A DNA stretch of 64,000 nucleotides from Candidatus Latescibacterota bacterium (GTDB lineage: Bacteria > Latescibacterota > UBA2968 > GCA-2709665): NCBI GenBank assembly GCA_963662665.2, contig CAXXJS010000040.1, positions 1 through 64,000 of the forward strand, read 5' to 3'. Shown here piece after piece: positions 1 through 9,820 of the stretch. The notes beneath the pieces are model-generated. The model saw only the letters and a program-made list of their open reading frames with translations, searched no databases and was not told the DNA's origin. Numbering within the stretch: position 1 is the first letter of the stretch; each line of letters starts with the position of its first letter. The translations under genes were made by a program, and so were the position numbers.

Positions 1-746
1 TCGAGTGAGAGCAAAAGCGCTATTGTCAGCTTGATACTATCGGTCGTCGGTTGTAACAAAGAGTAGATTTTCTCAGTGTCGATTTTCTCAGTGAGGTTTA
101 CGTCCCCCACTGCCCATTCGTTTACTCCAAGGTCCAACTCGGTCAGGTTAATTGCAAACTCAAGTCCGGTCAGATCGCGAATATTCCTGTTCGTCGCCTC
201 AAGACGCATCAGGGTCGCCATGTCGGCCCTCGTGATTTGCTCGTACGCCTTGCCCAGACTGTCTTCAATAACAGCACGCAGATTCTCGTCCGGAATGGCG
301 ACTGCTGTTGCCCCACCATTTCCGCCCGATGACGGCGGGGCACCGCCGAAGCTTTGCGCAAAGATCAGAAAGTCCGGAAACCCGATCTCTCCGTCGCTGT
401 TGAGGTCATACCTGGCATCGTAATTCCCATCGCCCTGGCGCAAGCCGAATACGCTTGCAAAGATCAGGAAATCGGAGAAACCGACCGTACCGTCACCATC
501 GAAGTCGGGCGACGGGGCGGTGTTATGCGAAATATTACCTTCCAATAGAAGTTTGGCCGCGGCAATGGTTGTGTCCTCCGGCGAACTTGCGCTCGTCGAG
601 GCTTCGCCACTCGTCCCGCCACCCGCAGCGTAACCGGCGGCAAGTTCCAGGAACCTTTCGGCGTTCGCATTGGCGCCGGCGGATACCGGAACTGCAGGAG
701 CCAGGACTGGAATGGATGTAATTAAGAAGCACATTATCGAAGACAT
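1..746 (-). CDS. Secreted EF-hand/dockerin-like plus internalin-type LRR protein (3' end outside the window)
   Basis: Not in the ORF track. My translation from ATG 746 (GGAGG RBS upstream) stays open to the window edge: hydrophobic leader, paired DFDGDGTVGFSDFLIFA / DLNSDGEIGFPDFLIFA Ca-binding motifs, then IPDENLRAVIEDSLG...IRDLTGLEFAINLTELDL (LRR cap and repeat). Confidence 0.8.
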   Translation of the reverse strand, partial: MSSIMCFLITSIPVLAPAVPVSAGANANAERFLELAAGYAAGGGTSGEASTSASSPEDTTIAAAKLLLEGNISHNTAPSPDFDGDGTVGFSDFLIFASVFGLRQGDGNYDARYDLNSDGEIGFPDFLIFAQSFGGAPPSSGGNGGATAVAIPDENLRAVIEDSLGKAYEQITRADMATLMRLEATNRNIRDLTGLEFAINLTELDLGVNEWAVGDVNLTEKIDTEKIYSLLQPTTDSIKLTIALLLSL

Positions 747-1583
747 AACCGAATCCCTCCAAAACAAGACTCGCAGTTCCGTTCCGTTACGCCAACAGAG
801 AAAGCAAAGGTGTGAAAAGGAGCCCATGAGTCCCACCGGTACGGGTCCGCGGCAACCATCGGTAACCCGTTCGCGCACAGTCGTTTCGTTTCGTGCGAAT
901 TGGACAGTTCGATCGTTTTTGCCCGCAACCTGACCCCGGAACGCCCGACCGGCTGTCAAACTTCGATGGAAGAGAACATGGGAAAACGTGGAAGGGCAGG
1001 CCCGGCATTACCTCAGCACCGGAAGAAAGAAACGGGAAGGTGGGCAAGAGTGGGGAATCTTCTTTGAGATGCCTGGGGGGATTTACGTCGGTCGTGTGTC
1101 GTTCCAGTCGACACGGCGCGGTCCGTCGGGCAGATGCCGAAGTCAGCACCGGCCTCCTGGCTATTTGCAAGAGTACCATGTCGTCTCCCTTCCCTTCGCC
1201 TGCGACAACCAGCGCGAAACCCGCGGACGAACGCCAGTATTTGCTATCCGCAGCGGCGCGCCAAACGTGAGCGAACCAAAGGAGAATAGCGGTATCCAAA
1301 TTCGGACCCCGGTTTCAGCGATGTCTCAAGATGAAGACAGAGTGGCTTCAGCCTTTCAACGACTTACAGTCATGAAACTCAGTATAATTGACCGGGTACT
1401 CAAACTCCTTTCTCACGAAATATCCAAACCGATTCATGCGCCGACGGGCTTGAATTCGCTGAAGTGATCAGCAATCGACGATAACAGGTGACACCTGCCC
1501 CGTATTCTGACTATACAGTGCCCGAAGGTTAACTTGACTAATATACTAATATAGATTCAATAACGCGTGTATCCAATTGAGTG

Positions 1584-2309
1584 TCAACGGCTAAGGTTTG
1601 TCCTGACGTCCTGGACTTGTCCCAGTTTCCAATTTCTGCGATATTTCGTCGGGCTGTTACCGTATTTCTCTTTAAAAACCTTGCTGAAGGTCGATAGTGA
1701 ACCGAAGCCACACAGATATGCGATTTCCGAAATGGAGGCCGTGGTATTCTTCAGTGCGTCTTCACCCTTAGCCACGCGGACGTTCCGCAGACTCCTGCTG
1801 AATGACTCGCCCAGATGTTTCTTGAACAACGCATACCCGTAGGACTTGGAGAACCTGAAATAACGTACGACGTCTTCAAATCTTAAATTGGGATTGCTGT
1901 GGTTGTCTTCGAGAAACGACTCCAGGCGGCTCTTCCACAGATCCTGTAAAGGCATATATTTTCTGATGTTTGCCAGGAAAACATCTTTATCGATCGGCTT
2001 GTCAAATACACTCATGGTGAACGGCTTGTTCACTCTCTCTCCCAGTTCAAGGGTACCCAGGCTTGTCACCAGCAGCACTGACGTCCGGATTTCCTCTTCC
2101 TTCACGCCCTCCAGAAGCGCTATCCCATCCTTATCCTCAACGTATACCTCGACCACGGCCAGGTCGATCTTTTCTCTTCTGAGCATTTCAAGGGCCGTCG
2201 GCCCGTCTTCCGCAGTGACGATTTCATAAGGTTCGTCTTTCAGGAATCCTGCAAGCTCCGACGTAACCTCCGGGTCACGGTCTACGATTAATATTTTCCG
2301 ATTTTCCAT
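1584..2309 (-). CDS. AraC-family regulator with atypical receiver domain
   Basis: N-terminal REC-like fold (KILIVD...DLAVVE...LLVTS...DKP); C-terminal AraC signature SISEIAYLCGFGSLSTFSKVFKEKYGNSP. Confidence 0.88.
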   Translation of the reverse strand: MENRKILIVDRDPEVTSELAGFLKDEPYEIVTAEDGPTALEMLRREKIDLAVVEVYVEDKDGIALLEGVKEEEIRTSVLLVTSLGTLELGERVNKPFTMSVFDKPIDKDVFLANIRKYMPLQDLWKSRLESFLEDNHSNPNLRFEDVVRYFRFSKSYGYALFKKHLGESFSRSLRNVRVAKGEDALKNTTASISEIAYLCGFGSLSTFSKVFKEKYGNSPTKYRRNWKLGQVQDVRTNLSR

Positions 2310-2485
2310 TACGTTAGATCCCCCTCAACGTTCAGAGTTGCCCGTCTTTTCACCATACGAATATGCCACGCGCAAGCCCTGGGGATTCTCCGGACTATGG
2401 CGCTCCGAAGCGGGTCATTGCGGTGCACACTAAGAATATCTGTGACGGAAATGCGATGTCAAGAACGCAAGTTTGTTCTGGAGTA

Positions 2486-3184
2486 CTAAATTTGTCCCAG
2501 TTTCCAATTTCTGCGATACGTGGTGGGATTTCTTCCGAATTTCGCCTTGAAAACCTTGCTGAACGTCGATAAAGATGCGAACCCGCACATGTAAGCGATT
2601 TCTGAAATCGAAGCAGATGTGTGCCTCAGCGCTTCCTCCGCATTTGCAAGACGAATGTTCCGGAGCCGAACGCTGAATGATTCACCCAGATGCTGCTTGA
2701 ACATCCGATATCCGTAAGTCCTGGAGAACCTGAAATGGCGCTCAACGTCCTCAAATCTCAACTCCGGATTGTTGTAGTTGTTTTCCAGGAATGAATCCAG
2801 GCGTCGCTTCCAGGAGTCCTGCGGCTGCAAAGTTCTATTTACATTCGCCAGGAATGAATCTCTCTCAATCGGCTTATCAAGCGCGCCTATCGAATAGGCT
2901 CTATGCACGTGCTTTCCCGACGTTGACGTTCTCACGCTTGTTACGAGCAGCATCTCCGTCCGGATTTCCGCCGCCCTTACCCCCTTCAGCAGCGTTGTCC
3001 CATCCTGTTCCTTTACACACGCCTCGACCACTGCGACGTCGATGTCTTTCTTTCTCAACATTTCGAGTCCTTCTCCACCGTTTTCCGCGGTTACAATCTC
3101 AAAGGGTTCGTCCTGAAGAAATCCGACGATTTCCGACGTTGCAACCGACTTACGATCTACCATCAATATTTTACGCTTATTCAT
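2486..3184 (-). CDS. AraC-family regulator with atypical receiver domain (paralog of 1584..2309)
   Basis: Same architecture, SISEIAYMCGFASLSTFSKVFK; start placed at MNKRKILMVD by alignment with the paralog. Confidence 0.88.
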   Translation of the reverse strand: MNKRKILMVDRKSVATSEIVGFLQDEPFEIVTAENGGEGLEMLRKKDIDVAVVEACVKEQDGTTLLKGVRAAEIRTEMLLVTSVRTSTSGKHVHRAYSIGALDKPIERDSFLANVNRTLQPQDSWKRRLDSFLENNYNNPELRFEDVERHFRFSRTYGYRMFKQHLGESFSVRLRNIRLANAEEALRHTSASISEIAYMCGFASLSTFSKVFKAKFGRNPTTYRRNWKLGQI

Positions 3185-4058
3185 GGTTCCAGTCCTTGTC
3201 GAGAATATGGGCTGCCTGTATCCACGGCGCACAGACGCACCTGGCACGCACAGTTCGAGGGTTCCGGATTACGGCGGTCTACAGCCGGCCGTTACATCGC
3301 ACGTTCTTGTCGCACGCGCCGGAAAGGGAAATGAATACAGGTCTGACGGAAGATGGCTCGGGAGAGGATCTGGCTTGATCGCCTGCAGAACTACCGGGAG
3401 ATGGAGCGAATCGACTGATCTGCGAATGAAGCGACCGCGAGGAAACGGCAAACACGGGGCCCGGCACACTGGCGGTGCTGAGCGCGAAGGCGGGAAATTT
3501 GGGAGAAAATGCCATAATCAATTATGCGAACTGTTCAGTAAATTGGTGTGACGTCTGGTGTCGTACCGTTCGCGAGGACTTGTCTCGAAATCTCGCAGGT
3601 TCGGCATCCAATTTACATAATCATTTGTTTTTACATCGTTTAAAATCAGTTCGCGTTATCGATCCTGGCGATTCCCTCTCGTTTACGGTTCAAAATGGGT
3701 TGATTCGATACCTTGCTGAAGGAATCCGGGGCAAGCTACGCCATCTAACCCCGCACGTCTTTGATTTCCTCCAACTATTGCGCTTCACACGCTCTTGCCC
3801 TGCCTGAAGTTCCAAATAAAATCCGTACTGGATGATAAGTGTTTAAATAATCGAAACTTATAATTTTCGAGTATTTGCGCAACTGTCATTGACTGTCTGA
3901 GTCACCGTTGTCGCGAACGATGCATCATCATTACAAAGCGCGTACAAAAAAACTCCGTTACGCAGTAGCCGCCCCCCGGAGTAAATATGCACCCTGAACG
4001 ATTTTACCGATTCTCAAAATCCGGCCACCCGATCAGTGACCCTTCATTTCGATCCGCC

Positions 4059-7000
4059 TCATCGGTACACGATCAATCGCTCCTTCTCCCGCACACGTTT
4101 CCGGCCGTCATCCGCTGTAACGGTATATAGATACACACCGTTGGCCAGCAGGTGCCCGTCGGCATCCCGGCCGTTCCATCGAACCTGATTGTACCCCGCC
4201 CGCCCCGGAACGCCTTCCAGATTCCGAATCAGTCGCCCCGAAACGGTATAGATGCGAATGACCACTTCAGCCGGGCGGGACAGAATATACGTAAAGTTCG
4301 TGGCCCCTGCCGCCGGATTGGGTACGTTCAGCACCCGCTCTATTGCGAGGTCCGACGAAACCTGAAATGCCATGGATTTTTGAGCAGGGCCGTTGCCCAG
4401 TTGGTCGGTCCCGGAAACCGTAAGTTGATATCGTCCGTCTTTCAGGCGCACAGACCAGGTGAACCGCAACGTGGTCGACTCCTCTTTCCGGTCAGCTACC
4501 CGATCCGAATCCAGTCCATCGGAAATTTCATCACCTGGTCCTGTCAGGACGAGCCGCACCGATCCGGCGTCGATGCCGCTCGAATCTCGAAATACGACCG
4601 AGAACGTGGGCGTCGACGGAAGATAGTCATCCGCCCGGACCTCTCCCGCCGCGTCCATTGCGGCCAGTTCCAGTTCGGGTCCCACCCGATCATCGCTCGG
4701 ATGGACCTCGACGGCATCTTCGGAGGTCGCCTCTCTCACGTAAAAACCACGGTTACCCGAGATATCCTCAACCCGGGCCGTAACGACGTTCGTCCCCGCA
4801 AATCTCGCGGTATTCCAGACGAATGACACAGACGCCGTTTCACCTGCCGGGGTTCCTTCGGGAACCGGCGCGCGCCCAATCAGCCGGCCGTCTTCGGACG
4901 CGCCGCTGTAAAATGCCACGACACTGCCGGGAACCAGATCCAGAGGTCCCCTGTTCCGAACCTGAACCGTCAGCCGTACGGGTTCCAGTTCATCAACTTC
5001 GAGGGGCGCCGCCTGCAGCCGGGACAGGACGAGATCGGACTGCGGCCGGTATCGTACCTGCCAACCCGTAAGTCCGGCGGACGGTCCCAGCGCCTCTCCG
5101 GTCAGCCGAACCCGAATCCGGATACGATTTGCCTTCAAGTCGCCGAGGTTGATCTCGCCGTCGGGCGCCAGCCCGGTCCATTCCGCGAGCGGGGTGAACC
5201 CGCCGGACCGTTCCGCACCAAGAATATCCACTTCCACCCGCCCACCCGACGTCTCTCGAACGTCCAGAGTCAGACCGTGCCATGCTCCTGCCGGACCGAT
5301 CGGCTCCGACGTCAATATCCCGTAGGGCGGCAGCGTTTTTCCCGCGTACCTGAAAATCCTTGGGCCGTTGAGCTGACCCAGCCAGACCTTGTTGTTGATC
5401 CAATCGTACTGCCCGGACAAAATATCGGTCTCAGATTGATCGCTGTCATATTCTTCGACGAACTTCCCGGTCCGGGCGTCCACAACCCGCACCCGGTGGG
5501 TCAGCCCGGTTCCGAATTCAATCAGATAGAGATACCGCCCGTCCGCAATGACCCCGTCCGTAAAGAGATAGGCAAAACCGGTCTCGGTCGGCGCCACGGT
5601 AAATTCTCGTACCACGCGCCAATCCTGTGCCGGATCGAACACGCGCACCGACCAGCCCGCTCTCTGCACGCCGTCCACCGCCGCCGCCAGATTATAAATA
5701 TATTCTCCATCCGACGTGATCAGCGAGTGCCCTCTGGATACAAACCCCGTCCGGAAGTCCATCAGCCCCTCCGGCACCCGCACGCGATCCACCACCCCGG
5801 TTGCGGGCGCTATTCGCACCAGTTCCCGTCCCCGGCCGTCGTCGGCATAGATAAACCCGTCGCTGTGATAGGTTGCCGAAACCCCACGAACTGCCGTATC
5901 CGAGAGCGTGCCGTGATTCTGTCCCGCCCGGGTGCCCCTGAACCCGGTCCCGATCCGCTCGAATATATCTGTGCCCGGATAAACCGCCGTTGGAGAATAG
6001 AAGCGATTGACGTACAGATAGGCGCCATCAGTACACAACACGCCCGTCCCCCGGACGCCTTCGGCCGCGAACGCCTCCTCCCGAGTGTCGGCGTTCAAAC
6101 GCACCGGCGGCGGATCGACCACCCGTGAAATCGCGCCTTCAGCCAGGCGTACGTCGGTGGCGGCGCCCCGCCTGAGGGCGTTGGCGGCGCGCTGGGTCCA
6201 CACGACCTCCAGCGCGGGTGGGTTGGGCCGAGCCGTGAACTCCATGGTTGCCGACCACGCCCCGAACTCCTCGCCGTCCCGCAATCGAGACCGCCAGAAG
6301 TAGGTTCCGGGCGCCACTTCCTGCAGCTTCCACAACACCAGCCCGGCGCCCCCCGCAACGGGTCCGGAACGGATCAGACCCGGACCGTCGAACGCCGGCG
6401 AATCACTTACCTCAAACTCGCCGTGGACTTCCTGGACGCCCATGCCCGGGCGCACCGCCAACAGCACGCCCGAAGCCGGCACGACCTGGCTTTGCCGCGG
6501 CATCGTGGGCACGGCCAAAAGACTCCCGACCACGTCCAACTCGACCTCCACGGAGTTGTTGGCTTCATCCAACTCCGGAATCTCATCGTCCGGATCCACC
6601 GTCAGCGACAGCAGGTGCCGGCCGGCGCGACCCGCCAACCGCCACATCACCGCGGTGCTGTCCGACTGGCCGAAAGGGGGGAAAACGCCCGCAAAAAGCG
6701 TATCCACGTTACCCCGGTCCAGATTCCGATCCAACAGGAAGACCTCGGGGCCGGTCCGCGGCGCGATTCCGATGTTCTCGATCCGGATCGCGATCCGAAC
6801 CGAGTCTTCGACGGTCAAGTGATCCGTGCGCTCGACGTTCAGGCTTCCCGGGTCCAGTGAGAAGTCCGGGTTGGGCAAGATGGCAAGCGCCTGTGCGGGG
6901 TCTCCAAACAGATGCATGCCGAGGGTAAGCGTTTCCAGATTGGGAAATCGTGTATCCAGCGCCGCCTTGGCCACGGCCAGACCGGCGCCGAATTGACTGA

Positions 7001-9809
7001 CGCCGTCTCTGAAAAACGCGGCAAACAGACGGTCGTTCAGGAAATCGTTGACAATAACCGCCGCAAGCGTTGACGCCGATATATACGCGATCGAGCCGCC
7101 ATCCGGCTTCTTGGTCATTTCCTCCGCAAGGGACGTGAACCTCGGATCCGAGAATTGCCCGTTGAGGCAGGACAAGGCGATTACAATCGGCAACCGGTCC
7201 GCATTGGCGATCTGACCCATATAGTGATAGTTGCGCTGTTGATATGTCCCCCTCAGGAACCCGGCCATGCTAGAAACGCTTCCGTGCCCCAGGAAATTTA
7301 CAAGCAACCGACCTTCGTTGATTTGCCGGATTACCTCGCCCGTATCCTCATTGGGTTCAACTCCGGCATCCCTGTCGTTATAGACCCTGAATGACTCAAG
7401 GCCGAGCGGCTCGGTATAGTTCTCCAACAGCCGGTCGCTGGGGGCGGTAAAGATCGAAAGCGGATCGTAGTTTGCCATAAACAGCACACGGTCCCGCCAC
7501 CGGTCATGCGGCGCCTGGTCGTACGACGTGATTTTCCGGACCACGGCGGCGGCCTCCCGCCGGGTCACCACCGATATCCGACCCACGAAAATATCCTGGA
7601 ACAGGTCCTCGTCCGAGCCGGCCACAGCGCCGAAATAGTGGTCCGTGAACGCCAGCCCCCTGACAACGGACTGAAAGGGCAGCGCCGGCACGTATGCCCT
7701 TCGCCCCAGTTCGGCCTGATCGAAGTGGTCTCTGTAGTCGAAACTGTCACGGCCGAACAACAGAAGGTAGGTCGGCCGCGGCGCCCAGTTTTCAAAGGCA
7801 TAGCGAGTGAATCGGCGGATGGCTTGCGGCTCGAATTGCCCGAAGGAGAACGCATCGTAGATCGCCGAAACGTCCACGACCCGTACCTGCAGCCCCTGAC
7901 TTCGGCGGTGTTCCGCCAGGCGCTCCGCCGCTTCGCGAAACTGTGGATGCACGACAATCACATAGTCCGCACCCGCCTGTCCGAACTCCGGGACCTCTGC
8001 TGCCTCCGCGGCAGGCGCCCGCCGGACGGCCTCCGAATCCGTGGCGATAAAACGCCCGTGCACGGCCGGTAGTTCGAATAGAGCCTGAAATCCCGTACCC
8101 CCCGGCGTCACCTGAACGTGTTGGATCTTCCGCGCTCCGAAGACGTCATAAATTGACACATCGGCCGTACGAAAGCCGTCGATCGAAATGGTCCGGCCGT
8201 CGCCGGTTTCGTCCGGCTCGAATTCCAGCGTGCCATCTACACATTCAAACCGCCGGGCATATGCGATTTCCACCCAGTTGAGCAACACGTGCTCAATGTA
8301 GTCGGCAGGAAAATCGGACGCGCCCGGCGTCGCCAGTGTCACCTGATTCATGTCGCCCAGTTCCGAAACAGGTACTGTCCCTTCGGCAACGAACGCACGC
8401 TTTCCATCCCATCGGTCGTCAGCCACAATGGTGCCGTTCGAAAGCCGCACAACCGTCCGATGATCGGGTTCAAACTGTCGTCTGAAGGTCAGTCCGTGCA
8501 TGCCCACCCGTATTCGTGCCGTCGCTCCCGCGGCCCGGTCCAATCCCGGCAGTGTGACAGGTACGGTCACGGGAAAGCCAGCCACGTTCTGCAAATTCGT
8601 ACCCGGCCTGCCGGGCGACCCGGTTCGCCCCCAGTACCAGTGATCTCGATCTGCGTCAGGCGCGTGTCCAAGCGGATCATATAGCGAATCGACCTCCGCG
8701 TGCGTCCTGTGTGTAAACCGAAGCATCTGTGGGTATCCATTCCGGGGCGACCCGTCCACTGCCTCAAATCGCCGGCCGGGTCTGCCGTCAAGCGAGAGCC
8801 AGTACACGTGTTCACGTCCGAACTCACTTTCGAAGTCCCGATCCGGCGCGCGTCTATACTCTCCGTAGAAGATCGCGCCCTCGCCCTCGCCCAACACGCC
8901 ATCTCCATTGTCCTGCACGTCCACGGGCACCTCTTCGCCATTCAGAAACACTTTCAATCGCTCCAGGTCGCCAGCCTGAAGCGCAATGCCCGCATCCGCA
9001 AACCAACTCGCGTCCAGCCGATACAGACCGTCCTCCCTTATCCGGATCTTATGGTAATCGGCCGTCGGATCAAGGCCCTCGGCAACACGGAGCTTCCGCA
9101 ACCCATCGCGCTGTCGGGCCTGCCCCCGCCAGGGCGCGGCCTGCTCTGCGTTCAGCAGCGATTGCCGATAGAATTCTTCGAATCTGCCGCCTTCCCCTTC
9201 ACGCGTCGGCAGAAACCCGAGGGAGCGCTCGTCACGCACAAAGCTCACGCGCACCCGCAGCCTGCGGGCGATACGCAGTTGTTGCCGCGCCGGATTGTAC
9301 TGCACCGGGCACAGAGCAATTCCCGCCACGCGCTGATCGCGCATGACGCCGATCCGGGTGACCTCTGCCGGCTGCGCCGGATACAGCCCGTCATGTGCGT
9401 AAAAGCCCGCGTCCGGCTCGTAGACCTCCGCCTGTGTGGGGTATGCCTCCCGGCCCGCCGGCCAGGACCGCGGCACCGGCAACAGCAGCACGCCGGAATG
9501 ATCCTCGTACTCTGCCTCCACCACCGTAACCGCCAGCCGCGTACCGTAAGGCACACCCAGAAGCGCGCCTCGCACCGGCACTGCCGGACGTCCGGGTTCG
9601 GGCAACCACGTACCCCCAGGTAACACGACCTGATCGTACGCGACACCCTCAAGATGGACCGTGCGTAGCTGATAGTCCAATCCATCAACCTCGATCTCGA
9701 CGCCATCCGCACCTGTCCACACGAGTCGCGGCTCACTTCCGTAAACTTCGGGCGCCCGCACCTGGATCATCAGCACTAGAACGCAAACTTGAAAAAGACG
9801 AACAACCAT
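4059..9809 (-). CDS. C25 family (gingipain/PorU-like) cysteine peptidase with CARDB-like and C-terminal FlgD-Ig/T9SS-type domains
   Basis: Signal peptide, C25 propeptide (EPGRPAVP...QYNP), ADYVIVVH, YLLLFG, VGRI, catalytic NFLGHG and ALSCLNG, DPDDEIPELDEANN, C-terminal NVPNP...IYTVSGRLIR...WNGRD...LANGVYLY. Confidence 0.88.
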   Translation of the reverse strand: MVVRLFQVCVLVLMIQVRAPEVYGSEPRLVWTGADGVEIEVDGLDYQLRTVHLEGVAYDQVVLPGGTWLPEPGRPAVPVRGALLGVPYGTRLAVTVVEAEYEDHSGVLLLPVPRSWPAGREAYPTQAEVYEPDAGFYAHDGLYPAQPAEVTRIGVMRDQRVAGIALCPVQYNPARQQLRIARRLRVRVSFVRDERSLGFLPTREGEGGRFEEFYRQSLLNAEQAAPWRGQARQRDGLRKLRVAEGLDPTADYHKIRIREDGLYRLDASWFADAGIALQAGDLERLKVFLNGEEVPVDVQDNGDGVLGEGEGAIFYGEYRRAPDRDFESEFGREHVYWLSLDGRPGRRFEAVDGSPRNGYPQMLRFTHRTHAEVDSLYDPLGHAPDADRDHWYWGRTGSPGRPGTNLQNVAGFPVTVPVTLPGLDRAAGATARIRVGMHGLTFRRQFEPDHRTVVRLSNGTIVADDRWDGKRAFVAEGTVPVSELGDMNQVTLATPGASDFPADYIEHVLLNWVEIAYARRFECVDGTLEFEPDETGDGRTISIDGFRTADVSIYDVFGARKIQHVQVTPGGTGFQALFELPAVHGRFIATDSEAVRRAPAAEAAEVPEFGQAGADYVIVVHPQFREAAERLAEHRRSQGLQVRVVDVSAIYDAFSFGQFEPQAIRRFTRYAFENWAPRPTYLLLFGRDSFDYRDHFDQAELGRRAYVPALPFQSVVRGLAFTDHYFGAVAGSDEDLFQDIFVGRISVVTRREAAAVVRKITSYDQAPHDRWRDRVLFMANYDPLSIFTAPSDRLLENYTEPLGLESFRVYNDRDAGVEPNEDTGEVIRQINEGRLLVNFLGHGSVSSMAGFLRGTYQQRNYHYMGQIANADRLPIVIALSCLNGQFSDPRFTSLAEEMTKKPDGGSIAYISASTLAAVIVNDFLNDRLFAAFFRDGVSQFGAGLAVAKAALDTRFPNLETLTLGMHLFGDPAQALAILPNPDFSLDPGSLNVERTDHLTVEDSVRIAIRIENIGIAPRTGPEVFLLDRNLDRGNVDTLFAGVFPPFGQSDSTAVMWRLAGRAGRHLLSLTVDPDDEIPELDEANNSVEVELDVVGSLLAVPTMPRQSQVVPASGVLLAVRPGMGVQEVHGEFEVSDSPAFDGPGLIRSGPVAGGAGLVLWKLQEVAPGTYFWRSRLRDGEEFGAWSATMEFTARPNPPALEVVWTQRAANALRRGAATDVRLAEGAISRVVDPPPVRLNADTREEAFAAEGVRGTGVLCTDGAYLYVNRFYSPTAVYPGTDIFERIGTGFRGTRAGQNHGTLSDTAVRGVSATYHSDGFIYADDGRGRELVRIAPATGVVDRVRVPEGLMDFRTGFVSRGHSLITSDGEYIYNLAAAVDGVQRAGWSVRVFDPAQDWRVVREFTVAPTETGFAYLFTDGVIADGRYLYLIEFGTGLTHRVRVVDARTGKFVEEYDSDQSETDILSGQYDWINNKVWLGQLNGPRIFRYAGKTLPPYGILTSEPIGPAGAWHGLTLDVRETSGGRVEVDILGAERSGGFTPLAEWTGLAPDGEINLGDLKANRIRIRVRLTGEALGPSAGLTGWQVRYRPQSDLVLSRLQAAPLEVDELEPVRLTVQVRNRGPLDLVPGSVVAFYSGASEDGRLIGRAPVPEGTPAGETASVSFVWNTARFAGTNVVTARVEDISGNRGFYVREATSEDAVEVHPSDDRVGPELELAAMDAAGEVRADDYLPSTPTFSVVFRDSSGIDAGSVRLVLTGPGDEISDGLDSDRVADRKEESTTLRFTWSVRLKDGRYQLTVSGTDQLGNGPAQKSMAFQVSSDLAIERVLNVPNPAAGATNFTYILSRPAEVVIRIYTVSGRLIRNLEGVPGRAGYNQVRWNGRDADGHLLANGVYLYTVTADDGRKRVREKERLIVYR

Positions 9810-9820
9810 GGATACGCTTC

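Noticed and set aside
76-1467. Assorted short ORFs over the LRR gene and its upstream gap
   Set aside because: No recognisable motifs; they are antisense to the LRR gene or look like chance ORFs.
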